Below the pieces are notes generated by a model that was given only the letters and a program-made list of their open reading frames with translations, did not search any database and had not been told where the DNA came from. Below are positions 11,201 to 20,892 of a stretch of 64,000 nucleotides of DNA, in pieces (position 1 is the stretch's first letter; every line of letters starts with the position of its first letter). Both the position numbers and the translations under genes were made by a program. This DNA is from Phyllobates terribilis (Eukaryota): positions 554,652,001-554,716,000 of the forward strand of contig NW_027362765.1 in NCBI RefSeq assembly GCF_046119375.1, given 5' to 3'.

Positions 11201-12480
11201 TTTGGTGGCCTAACTTACATAAAGAGGTGGTAACTTTTGTCGCGTCCTGTGGGGTTTGTGCGCGCTCTAAGACCTCACATACCCGTCCGTCTGGGGCCCT
11301 TTTACCTTTGAAGATCCCGGAGCGTCCTTGGACTCATCTGTCTATGGACTTTATTACGGACCTCCCTCCGTCTTCGGGTAAAACGGTCATACTCGTTGTA
11401 GTGGACAGGTTCAGCAAGATGGCACATTTTATCGCTCTTCCGGCTCTCCCTAATGCTAAAACTCTTGCGCAGGTGTTCATTGGGGAGATTGTGAGGCTTC
11501 ACGGGGTACCCTCCGAGGTGGTGTCTGATCGGGGGTCTCAGTTTGTGTCCAAGTTCTGGAAGGCGTTTTGTGCACGGCGGGGGATGCATTTGTCATTCTC
11601 GTCGGCTTTTCATCCTCAGACCAATGGTCAGACGGAACGTATGAACCAGAGCTTGGAGACATATCTTCGGTGTTTTGTGTCAGAGAACCAGGAGGACTGG
11701 GCTTCTTTCCTACCTCTGGCAGAGTTTGCTCTCAATAATAGGCGGAGCGAGTCCACTGGTAAGTCCCCGTTTTTTGGGGCATATGGTTTTCACCCCCAGT
11801 TTTGTACTTTCAGTAGGGGGGGCTCTTCGGGGGTTCCGGAGGAGGAACGATTTTCCTCATCTCTCGCTTCAGTATGGAGAGCGGTGCTGAAGAATCTGAA
11901 TACTATGGGGAACCGATACAAACGTATGGCTGATAGGAGGAGAGTGTCTGGTCCGGACCTAAGTGTGAACGATCAGGTATGGTTGTCTACCAGGAATATT
12001 AAACTTAAGGTTCCCTCCTGGAAACTGGGTCCCAGGTTCATCGGGCCGTACAGAATCAGTTCTGTTATTAATCCGGTGGCATTCCGTCTTGACCTCCCCC
12101 CTACGTTTAAAATTCACAACGTGTTTCACAGATCATTGCTTAAGAGGTATGTGGCGCCGGTGGTACCGTCACCTTTACCTCCCCCTCCTGTGGTTGTCAA
12201 TGGTAACTTGGAGTTCCAGGTATCGAGGGTCATTGATTCACGCTTTAATCGCCGGTCCCTTCAGTACTTGGTTCATTGGAAGGGGTATGGTCCTGAGGAG
12301 AGGATGTGGGTTCCTGCGTCGGATATTAACGCAGACCGATTAGTTCGGGCCTTCCACACGACTCACCCGGATAAACCTGGCCCTGAGGGTCCAGAGGCCC
12401 CTCGTAGAAGGGGGGGTACTGTCACGGGTGTGTTGCCACGAAGATCGTCACGAGTACACAGCCTGACTTCTCGCAGCTGA
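8269..12480 (+). CDS. Gag-Pol polyprotein (Gag, CCHC knuckle, aspartic protease, RT, RNase H, integrase, chromodomain), 1403 aa
   Basis: CFLCGKKGHFIGGC knuckle; LLDSGA protease; MPFGL and YLDDILI RT; [13 protein letters not shown] RNase H; H..H..CGVC plus MDFITDLP/SDRGSQF integrase; GPRFIGPY (GPY/F); FQVSRVIDSR..YLVHWKGYGPEERMW chromodomain. Confidence 0.98.
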   Translation: MDPVAGLARQLQSLSMGLADVRSKVLHPLEQAGPEPKVALPDRFTGGRDKFFVFREACKLYFRLRPRSSGSEEQRVGIVISLLQGDPQSWAFSLPPSSPVLQSVDRFFAALGLVHDDPDRISLAESKLRRIQQGDRPAEEFCSEFRRWATDTQWNDPALRSQFCHGLSDKLQDVLAQYDSPASLEAAMALAIRVDRRLRERCGITLPPVMSPPPTRSPHMVVPLVSPEEPMQLGGTSFRGRGPVVRHKTGRCFLCGKKGHFIGGCPSRPLQSKESSKKLLIPGCVVDGNLGVGISSLGSSQFLVPAEVVVGTRTERISVLLDSGAGANLVDARFARVQGMRLSELAKPIPIFSIDARPLGQGSFLQAVHGVKLQVGAIHKELLSCYVLEGLPTPIVLGLPWLAKHNPVINWQTREISQWSKFCNKNCMNTVIGAVTPWVLPPFLADFEDVFSENGCQELPPHRVYDCSVKLLPEAKLPKARLYNLSGPERQAMKDYISESLAKGHIRPSSSPVAAGFFFVKKKDGGLRPCLDFRELNRITVRDPYPLPLIPDLFNQIVGAKWFSKLDLRGAYNLIRMKEGDEWKTALNTPEGHYENLVMPFGLTNAPAVFQHFVNDIFRHLVGQFVVIYLDDILIYSPDLVSHQEHVRQVLQILRDNKLYAKWEKCVFAVQELQFLGFLVSASGFRMDPGKVRAVLEWDRPENLKALQRFLGFANYYRKFIRNFSSMVKPLTDMTKKGTDFSRWSDKACQAFSSLKKCFASAPILIQPDASQPFFVEVDASEVGVGAVLSQGSSPGKWHPCAFFSKKLSSAERNYDVGNRELLAIKLAFEEWRHFLEGAVHPVTVITDHKNLLYLESAKRLNPRQARWSLFFTRFNFVVTYRPGSKNVKADALSRSFPGAGNTDDPIPILQEGVVVSAVCSELEEEILEAQGDAPVGPPGRLFVPDQLRQKVIEAHHNSVFAGHPGSKATVDLLSRRFWWPNLHKEVVTFVASCGVCARSKTSHTRPSGALLPLKIPERPWTHLSMDFITDLPPSSGKTVILVVVDRFSKMAHFIALPALPNAKTLAQVFIGEIVRLHGVPSEVVSDRGSQFVSKFWKAFCARRGMHLSFSSAFHPQTNGQTERMNQSLETYLRCFVSENQEDWASFLPLAEFALNNRRSESTGKSPFFGAYGFHPQFCTFSRGGSSGVPEEERFSSSLASVWRAVLKNLNTMGNRYKRMADRRRVSGPDLSVNDQVWLSTRNIKLKVPSWKLGPRFIGPYRISSVINPVAFRLDLPPTFKIHNVFHRSLLKRYVAPVVPSPLPPPPVVVNGNLEFQVSRVIDSRFNRRSLQYLVHWKGYGPEERMWVPASDINADRLVRAFHTTHPDKPGPEGPEAPRRRGGTVTGVLPRRSSRVHSLTSRS
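12406..12416 (+). promoter_or_regulatory. Polypurine tract
   Basis: AGAAGGGGGGG, 3 nt upstream of the 3' LTR. Confidence 0.9.
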
Positions 12481-13048
12481 CTTGTTGGTGCTTTGTGTTT
12501 TCTCGGCAGTGTAGGAGTTAATTCTCTCTCTCTCTGGGCTAGCTGAGGTCCAGCCTCGCCCAGCTGCAATCAATGCTTCTTTAGTGAGACTCCTTTATAT
12601 TCCTGCAGGTCTGTTTGGGAGGTGTCGGTGAAAGCTTTTCATTCAGACTTACAGAGCGGATCGTGGTGTTTGGAGTTGCTGAGATAAGTGTATTTGGAAG
12701 TGTGTTTTCCCTTTCCTCGCTTTATCATTTATCTCCTTTCCCGTTGGTGTTCCCTCTGTTGTAGTTGTTTAGAAGTTGTATGCAAGGTGGTTTTGGTTTT
12801 TCCCTTGTACTGTCTCGTTCGTCTAAATACTGTGTGTGGGCATATTATTTCTGGTTCCCTATTGTTGTGATCGGGGTCCTTCTCAGGACTAGATTACTTA
12901 GGTGCAGGGATCCTCAGAAGGTAGGGGTTACGCTGGCGGCCTGGACCTCTGTACCTTTAACAGTACCTCCAGGATGAGGGATTAGTCAGGGCCCCAGCTT
13001 AGGGTCAGCTTAGGCCCCCTACCTCCAGTATTCTGTGACAGTGTGACA
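12420..13048 (+). repeat. 3' LTR
   Basis: Copy of 7605-8233, followed by the TSD AATCT. Confidence 0.97.
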
Positions 13049-13061
13049 AATCTGAGGGCAG

Positions 13062-14066
13062 TGTAACGTGGCGCGGAGCAGTAGCCGTAGGTGGGGTACT
13101 CGTCTCTTAAGCCTCGGCACGTTGCATGAAGGTGGGGGTCCTGGCTGTGTGTGGACTTGTGCTATGGGGCGCTACGCCCTTGCAGGCTGCATGTTACCAA
13201 TGACTTTGGTTGGCCAGGACCGGATGTTTGACAATTCAATGAGGGAGACCACAAGTCAAAAATAAACTTTTTACTAAACGATAACTTGGTGGGGGATTGT
13301 ATACATTAGATAGCGAGTACACAACTTTATGAACATTTCCTTCCCAATATCGAGCATTTTCCACGCACAGTTCCAATTCCTTCCTCTTTACCCGCTTGTC
13401 CACTATCTTCACCTTTCCTCTCTGCTTCCCCACAGTCCAGCTCAGTACTACAGTCCAGCTCAGTACTACAGTCCAGTTAGCAAGAGTTCTATTCTCAACC
13501 CGCAGTTCTGTGTCTTCTTTCCCTTTTAGGGAACTATATTGCCGATATGGCCGGTACTTCTTCTCTGTCCCTGACGCCTTGGAACTCCTGCCTGGGGCAC
13601 TCTCTTCATCTCACGTACTCTGTCCCATCTAGGCCCGTTACTTCTCTGAGTTATAAACTCTGGGCCGTACCACTAGGCATCCTGTCCCAGGACCCATCTC
13701 TGATCAATCACTCAGTTTTACAATCACTTCTCTCCTTCCTTCCACTAGGATCTCACTATCCTCTGCCATGGTCTCCTCTCACGTTAGGGACAACCATGTC
13801 ATACGGCACTGCTCACTGATCAGACCTTAGGTCTGCTTTCTATGCACACTGGGCCCTATCTGTCATTCTGCCAGGAAACAGTCTCTGTCCCTTCACCTTA
13901 TCCCTTCCCACTGTGGGCTAGTCCTAATCATTAACTCTTACTCTCCTTACTGTCGAGCAATACACAACATTAACACCAGTAACGCATGTCACAGTTCACA
14001 TTACACAATCCAATATTACAGTTGTTCTTACAGGGGAAATGTGTGCAGTATGTCCATCTTCCTACA
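13062..14066. mobile_element. Solo LTR (1005 bp)
   Basis: TGTAAC...CTACA ends. 4-bp TSD GCAG at 13058-13061 and 14067-14070. No coding capacity. Confidence 0.8.
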
Positions 14067-15602
14067 GCAGCATGAGGTAGGGGCTGAGACACTGATTTCA
14101 GTGATGTGTCACTTATTAGGCTGTGTGCTCTTGTTTCAATACCATTAGTGTTTTTTTAGCAGGAGATAATCACTGACGGACTAGCTGCCTGTATGCCTCC
14201 TGGTCCAACAACGCCCCAGCGCTTGCTCAACCAAACACTCCTGTGCTCTCTATAAGAGAGCCTCCAACAGGCACATTTTTGGGAGAACAAAAAGATCAGC
14301 AGTCCGAAATCAGACACATCAGATCAATATTTCCCTAGACAATAAGTTGTCTATGGCTCCCATACACATTTAGAGTAATGTGTATAGGGGGCTTTATATG
14401 AACCTACAATATTGATGTGTCTAGTTCATGACCTCCAGATGGGAGGTTCTCGGAGACAAAAATAGAGAAACACCAGAGGAGCCCTGTTCTGTGACTGCTC
14501 CTAGGCACTGTGACACTGCCCGACCCCACAGAATTATTACATTTTTATTGGGGTACTTTGGGCTTTTTCTGTGGGTCCCCGTGATTTCTGTGCACACATC
14601 TACATTGCAGTACTTAATCTGAATCCTTGAGCATCATAAAAAGATAAATTGAAATACATTCTGCTCTATGTCTGCACATTTTTTACAGAATCTATCATGG
14701 AGATTCTAAAAAGGGACAATCGCTCATTATAAAGTTTTGTGACTGTTAGGCCAGTTTCTCACGTCCGGATATTTCCAGTACTGGAAAACCTGTACTGTGT
14801 CCGCCTGAACCCTTGTGGCACATTTGTGCCACATCAGGAGCACACGTACCGGTGTTTGGGAATCAGCGGTACAGTTAGCGCTGTTCCCAAGTGCCAGGTG
14901 CTGAACACTGCCCTCATCATTGTCCCTTGCTCACACTGTGATCAGTACGAGCGAGGGACAATGTTGGGAGTAGTAGTCTGCTCTTGCAGTGTCCATGTGT
15001 AAAAATAAGAATAAAATAATAAAATCCTTATACTCACCTGTCCGGAGATGTCCCCCCGCTGTAATCCGCTGACGCTTGGGAGAATGAGCAGCTCCAGCGA
15101 GTGGGGCCCGGAGATGCGCTGAGCTCAGGAGCGGTGTCCTGTCACTCAGTGAGCTCTGCTCAGTGCAGGGCCCCGCTTTCAGGAGCGTCTTTAATTGTGC
15201 AGTGCGCTGATAAACATGGTGCTTGTTGTCATTGCATAGGACTCTTCGTTTTTTTACTTCCAGAGGATGAATATTTGTCCTGGTCGTGTCATGATCGCCA
15301 GAGAAAGATCTGATATCTGTACTGTACTGAACTATACAGCTGTGGAAGCAGCCCACAACCTGCACAGACTCTCGCCCACTGGGGATACATAATATAGGCT
15401 CCCATTCACTGACAGCATAAAGATGTGAGAAATGACATCATGGCCTAGTATAAAATGACATCACTTGTTATATAATGAAGAATCTTTATTTGCTGACACC
15501 AAAATACGACTTTTACTTTCCTTCTGATTATTATTTAGGTTATACAGAGAATAAGATCTTGCTTGTATGAACCAGTGTCTCCACTTAAAGAACGCATCCG
15601 AC

Positions 15603-15633
15603 ATGCTTAGAGGGGCACTTTTTACTATCACAG
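15603..15633 (+). CDS. TGF-alpha-like ligand, coding exon 1 (MLRGALFTIT, first half of signal peptide)
   Basis: ATG in CCGACATGC context. Phase-1 donor CAG|GTAGAG. Joined to the next exon it gives a canonical-looking signal peptide [19 protein letters not shown]. An in-frame upstream ATG at 15567 has weaker context. Confidence 0.72.
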
Positions 15634-15810
15634 GTAGAGTTTTTATTTAGTTTTAAATAAACAATATCTAGGACTTTAAGAGTCATTATCATGTAATACC
15701 TGTAATGCCAAAGGAGGGCGCTGCAAACTAACACTTGTTACAATATTTATTTCATTATTTCAGAACATCACTTACTCAAAGTCTCCAAAAAATCCCTAAA
15801 AACCCCTTGA

Positions 15811-16464
15811 AGGCTACGCTCCCAAGATGAGCTGAGTTTTTGACGCTGAAGAATTTCTGCACCTATTATTTAAATTAGGTTACTTGCGTTTTTTTAACAT
15901 GCGTTTTTATCGTCTTTTTGACGCTGCGTTTTTGTCTCTTCTTGATGTGTCGTGCTTTAAAAAAATCCGCGTTGTTTTTGATACTTCCTGAGTTTGACAA
16001 AACTTTATTGACATATTTAGGTGCGGATTACGTGCGTTTTTGATGTGTTTCTGCCCAGAAAATGCACTATAAATGCATGCGCGTTCTTTACTTGCGGATT
16101 TTTCGTATCTAATGTAAGTCTATGGGGAAAATTCCGCGCAGAATACTCAGTGTACCGAAAAGAGAAACTGACACGCTGCGGATCTAAAAAAAACGCTGAA
16201 AAAATGCAGAAAAAACTCTGAAGTAAGTGACATTCTCTATTTTCCAAAAACCCAACCAAGGCACAAAATACGCAGCAAAAAAAAAACCAAGATGTGTGAA
16301 CAGAGAATTCTGGTTTCTCATAGACTTTGCTGGAACTGCAAAACACGGCTGAAAATTAGCATAAAAATCTGCAGCAAAATACGCTGAAAAATCCAATGTG
16401 TGTGAACATGGCCTAAGACGCTGCGTTTTGGACGCAGCAAAAGCTCATCGTGGGAATGTAACCT
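15811..16464. mobile_element. Palindromic T2/Kolobok-type MITE(s), probably nested
   Basis: Inverted termini AGGCTACGCTCCCAAGATGAGC / GCTCATCGTGGGAATGTAACCT; internal AAAAACGC/GCGTTTTT palindromic motifs. Confidence 0.7.
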
Positions 16465-16842
16465 AAATTGGGGCATAACCCATAAATGAAACTGGTACTG
16501 TTTGTGGAAGAAAGCATCTCTAAATCTCACCAAACCCCTTTAAAGGGAATGTATCCGCTTTTTTGTTTTACTATTTAAAACTAGATGCCTTTTCTCTTTT
16601 TGTAGTCTGTCTTTTTGTTATGGTGTAAACAGCCAAGATGTGGCTGCGATACGGTCAAAAGCCCACACCGTTGTTCCAGTTGCCGTGATTTTCAAATGGA
16701 TTGTTAAAAATGTTTAAAATGATTAATATCTTTGTAGTTTTGCAAACCAACAATGATGTAACACTTGTCTTGGCCGAGCATGAACTGCGCAGAGGTCACT
16801 ACACGAGACCATGCCCTTCAATTGGGTGATATTGGCTCTTAA

Positions 16843-17127
16843 AGGGAACCTGTCACATGAAAAAAAGCTATTATCTTGCAGATATGGGGTTAATCTGCAG
16901 GTTAATAGTGTTCTGAACCTGCTTGACGCCTGCACATTGAGCCCCGTTGCCGAGAGGAAATGAACTTTATTCCCCTTGACAGCGTTCGGCATTCAGTCAT
17001 GAGGAGTGTGTATAGAGACCGGGGGCCATAACTGCGCCCCCAGCGCAATGTCTATCAATCTGCTCAGCTCCTCCTGCTCTATAACATCCTGCTTGTCAGC
17101 TACCATTTTCATCATGACAGATTCCCT
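16843..17127. mobile_element. T2-type MITE
   Basis: TTAA-AGGGAACCTGTCA...TGACAGATTCCCT termini; similar to 47389-47812. Confidence 0.75.
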
Positions 17128-17611
17128 TTTTGGCTCATGCAAACGACCCTATTTTTAGTCTGAGAGCAAGCTGACAAAAAAATTGGATTGCGCTCGAACC
17201 AGAGCCTGTCCTAGGAAAAAAATTGCATCATGTACGATTTGCATCCGATATTCGAATTGCACTAAACCATGCAAGTCAACGAGCCTGTGAAAAAATTCTG
17301 ACTGCACTCGGGTGACATCTGAGTGCAGTCCAATTTTCACAGACTGACAGAATGGAATTGTTTCTTGAATGCTACTCAAGGATTGTGTGGCTTTTCTTTC
17401 TTGCATGTCCAGTATACAGATGTGTAAAAGGATTATAGTTTCAGATTATATATTCAGATTCAATCACATTTAATCTTCCACGACAGAGTAAGCGATGGAG
17501 AAATATGACTCAGCCAGATGTTCTAGCTCTCCGGTTTACTGTACAATAGGCTTATATGTCTAGGCTATTAAATTGCATTCAGATTTGTAAAGCTATTTCT
17601 ACATTTTACAG

Positions 17612-17732
17612 CTTTCTTTGTGGCAACTGCGTCATGTGAGATTTTATTTGCCGATTGCCCAGATACGTACACTCATTTTTGTTTCCATGGCACGTGCCGG
17701 TTTTTGGTATCAGAATGGACAGCCTCTTGCCT
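17612..17732 (+). CDS. TGF-alpha-like ligand, coding exon 2 (end of signal peptide plus EGF Cys1-Cys4)
   Basis: TTTTACAG| acceptor and |GTAAGT donor, phases 1/2. Translates (A)[39 protein letters not shown](L); compare human [33 protein letters not shown]. Confidence 0.95.
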
Positions 17733-17929
17733 GTAAGTATATACAAACCATGATAAGAGATAGTCAGTGTTCTCAGTTTCTGCCCCACATTGTGTTATAT
17801 TCTTGGAAACATACCCAGTAATGTAACTGCAAGGGAATAATACAGTTATATTACATCGAAAAAATGGGGGCGTAAAGGATTCGGCGTTTCCAATGCCACG
17901 CACGGATCAAGTCAGAGCAGCTGTAGTAG

Positions 17930-18185
17930 AAGTGATAAGTGGAAAGTGCGATCCAAGGATGAAGAGGCTTTCAATCTCATTTAGCATTTAATAGGCCATT
18001 TAAAAAGAAGCTCCAAATACAACATTGGCAATGTGGAATTAAGGTACTAATGGCTGGACCTACACATTTCGACTTGCGTCTTACTCGTGGTCTAACCTTC
18101 TGGTTGGCAATCAGTCTTTTATATGTATAAAAGTGATTTAAGGGCTTAACCAGTCAGAAGGTCTCATTAGTGTGAAGGTAAAAAC
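17930..18185 (-). repeat. Penelope-like element terminal-repeat remnant (inverted partner of 20398-20690)
   Basis: About 250 bp is the reverse complement of 20398-20690; contains a hammerhead-like core. Confidence 0.65.
18057..18092 (-). ncRNA. Degenerate minimal type-I hammerhead ribozyme motif
   Basis: Minus strand reads GACC-ACGAGTA-A-GAC-GCAA-GTC-GAA-ATGTGT-A-GGTC: stem I GACC/GGTC, stem II with GCAA loop, GAAA core. Confidence 0.55.
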
Positions 18186-18375
18186 AAGGGGTAACGTTTC
18201 TCCTTGCGGAGAGTGACATGTCAATCCTGACATGCTAAGGTGAGGAGACCTTTAAACTGCAATGCTCCTCTGGGAAATGCGAAAATTATCTTTTCAGAGA
18301 GGAAGAGGACTAGAACTCTAGTGCCACCTATTGGAAGTAACGATCCTAAAACTTTTAGAATTGCTACTTCATGTA

Positions 18376-19925
18376 CAGGTGCTTCTCACAAAAATTAGAA
18401 TATCCTCAAAAATATAATTTATTTCAGTTCTTCAGTACAAAAAGTGAAACATATATTATATAGAGTCATTACAAACAGAGTGATCTATTTCAAGTGTTTA
18501 TTTCTGTTAATGTTGATGATTATGGCTTACAGACAATGAAAACACAAAAGTCATTATCTCAGTAAATTAGAATACTCTATAACAACAGCTCGAAAAATGT
18601 TTTTAAAATCCGAAATGTCTGTTCAGTAAATGCTCTCAATACTTGGTCGGGGCTCCTTTTGCATCAGTTACTGCATCAATGCGGCGTGGCATGGAGGTGA
18701 TCAGCCTGTGGCACTGCTGAGGGGTTATGGAAGCCCAGGTTGCTTTGATAGCAGCCTTCAGCTCGTCTGCATTGTTGGTTCTGGTGTCTCTCATCTTCCT
18801 CTTGACAATGCCCCATAGATTCTCTATAATAGATTCTCTATGGGGTTAAGGTCAGGCGAGTTTGCTGGCCAACCAAGCACAGTGATACTGTTGCTTATAA
18901 ACCAGGTATTGGTACTTTTGGCAGTGTGGACAGGGGCCAAGTCCTGCTGGGGAATGAAATTTCCATCTCCAAAAAGCTTGTCGGCAGAGGGAAGCATGAA
19001 GTGCTCTAAAATTTCCTGGTAGACGGCTGCGCTGACTTTGGTCTTGATACAACACAGTGGACCTACACCAGCAGATGACATGGCTCCCCAAACCATCACT
19101 GATTGTGGAAACTTCACACTAGACCTCAAGCAGCTTGGATTGTGGCCTCTCCACTCTTCCTTCAGACTCTGGGACCTTGATTTCCAAATGAAATGCAAAA
19201 TGTACTTTCATCAGAAAACAACACCTTGGACCACTGAGCAACAGTCCAGGTCTTTTTCTTTTTGGCCAAGGTAAGACGCTTCTGGCGTTGTCTATTGGTC
19301 ATGAGTGGCTTGACACAAGGAATGTGACACTTGTAGCCCATGTCCTGGATACGTCTGTGTGTGGTGGCTCTTGAAGCAATGACTCCAGCAGCAGTCCACT
19401 CCTTGTGAATCTCCCCCAAATTTTTGAATGGCCTTTTCTTAACAATCCTTCCAATGCTGTGGTTATCCTGGTTTCTTGTGCACCTTTTTCTACCACACTT
19501 TTTCGTTCCACTCAACTTTCCATTAATATGCTTGGATACAGCACTCTGTAAACACCCAGCTTCTTTAGCAATGACCTTTTGTGGCTTACCCTCCTTGTGG
19601 AGTGTGTCAATGACTGCCTTCTGGACATCTGTCAAGTCAGCAGTCTTCACCATGATTGTGGAGCCTACTGAAACAGACTAAGAGACCATTATAATCTTGT
19701 AGGAAGCCTTTGCAGGTGTTTTTTGTTAATTATTCTAATTTACTGAGATAATGACTTTTGTGTTTTCAATGGCTGCAATCCATAATCATCAACATTAACA
19801 GAAATAAACACTTGAAATTGATCACTCTGTTTGTAATGACTCTGTATAATATATGAGTTTTTTGTATCGAAGAACTGAAATAAATTAACTTTTTGATGAT
19901 ATTCTAATTTTGTGAGAAGCACCTG
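18376..19925 (-). mobile_element. Tc1/mariner DNA transposon with long TIRs
   Basis: TA-CAGGTGCTTCTCACAAAA(A)TTAGAATATC ... GATATTCTAATTTTGTGAGAAGCACCTG-TA. About 200-bp imperfect TIRs. Inserted in a small palindromic MITE (CTAGAACTCTAGTGCCACCTA / TAGGTGGCACTAGAGTTCTAG). Confidence 0.95.
18636..19653 (-). pseudogene. Tc1 transposase pseudogene
   Basis: HTH MVKTADLTDVQKAVIDTLHKEGK, then FSDESTF, QQDLAPVH, SPDLNPIE in shifted frames; a small duplication near 18820-18845 breaks the frame. Confidence 0.93.
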
Positions 19926-20397
19926 TAGGTGGCACTAGAGTTCTAGTGCTCGGTAAAAACAAGAAAAAGCACCTCTAATAAAGACAGCACAATGACAAAA
20001 AGTAATCCGAAAGAGACATATTCAATTTTGTAAGATCAGATCTTGTCTTAAATGGAGACCATCGGGCGAGCAGGTTTACAGGCAAATATCCAGTAAGACT
20101 CTTTGTTCAGCAACTTGTGATTATGGTCCCCTTCATGAATCGGTTTATAGACCTTCTCTATGCCTGAAAGCCTAAAGCCAGTCAAATCACCATTGTATTC
20201 TAGTGAAGTGTTTTGAAACAGCTGATGCTGACATTGCTACAGGTTTAATCACATCAGATAGGTGTTGTCTTATGCGTACTTTTAATGGACCAGTAATACA
20301 ACCTATATATCGAATTTTACAGATAGTACATTCAATGAGATGAATAACGTTGGCTGTGATAAATAATGATGCAATACTGCCAGGTACGTTTTCTTGT

Positions 20398-20690
20398 TTA
20401 TACCTTCACTCTAATGACATCTTCTGAATGGTTAATCACATTGTCCAGGGATACGCCCTTAAATCACTCTTATAAATATAAAAGACTCATTGCCAACCAG
20501 AAGGTTAAAGCATGAGTAAGACGCAAGTCGAAACGCGTGGGTCCTGCCATTAGTACCCGATTTGCATTATTGCCAATGTTGTATTTGGAGCTTCTTTTAA
20601 ATGGCCTATTTAATGCTATGTCTTATAAATGAGATTGAAAGCCGCTGGATCACACTTTCCACTTATTAGTTATACTACATGTTATGAATA
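20398..20690 (+). repeat. Penelope-like element terminal-repeat remnant
   Basis: Inverted copy of 17930-18185; contains the CGAAACGCGT motif. Confidence 0.65.
20508..20543 (+). ncRNA. Degenerate minimal type-I hammerhead ribozyme motif (A3-U8 variant)
   Basis: AAGC-ATGAGTA-A-GAC-GCAA-GTC-GAA-ACGCGT-G-GGTC; palindromic stem III ACGCGT. Confidence 0.55.
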
Positions 20691-20892
20691 ACGCATACAG
20701 TATATGTGATACAGGGATATTAGACCCTTCACATATTATTAGGTTGGGGTAAGTGCCTCATTCCTGAGATGCTGTGGACACCGGAGTTGTGACCTTGCCA
20801 TCTCTTAGAGGTCTTTGCTGTATTATGCAGCTGACACCCCTTTAAGCAGTTAGACAGTGGGTGGGGGCTTCTTCTATCACCACCCTTGCACC

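Larger units (their letters stand above)
7605..13048 (+). mobile_element. Intact Ty3/Gypsy chromovirus (Tf1/sushi group) LTR retrotransposon
   Basis: Two 629-bp LTRs (TGTCAC...GTGACA). 5-bp TSD AATCT at 7600-7604 and 13049-13053. PPT, PBS and uninterrupted gag-pol with C-terminal chromodomain. Confidence 0.98.
7569..14230. mobile_element. T2/Kolobok-type MITE split by two LTR insertions (pieces about 7569-7604, 13054-13061, 14067 onward; right end not defined)
   Basis: Removing the two LTR inserts and one copy of each TSD restores a continuous AAAGGAATCTGTCAGCAGGTTTTTGCTATGTAATCTGAGGGCAGCATGAGGTAGGGGCTGAGAC. Its start resembles the other AGGGAACCTGTC-type MITE ends in the window. Confidence 0.7.

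Noticed and set aside
17458-17487. 30-nt phase-1 micro-exon (DSITFNLPRQ) as an equivalent of TGFA exon 2
   Set aside because: Weak polypyrimidine tract, and inclusion would split the signal peptide's hydrophobic core.
20322-20383. AG...GTACGT exon-like segment in intron 2
   Set aside because: Stop codons in all three frames.
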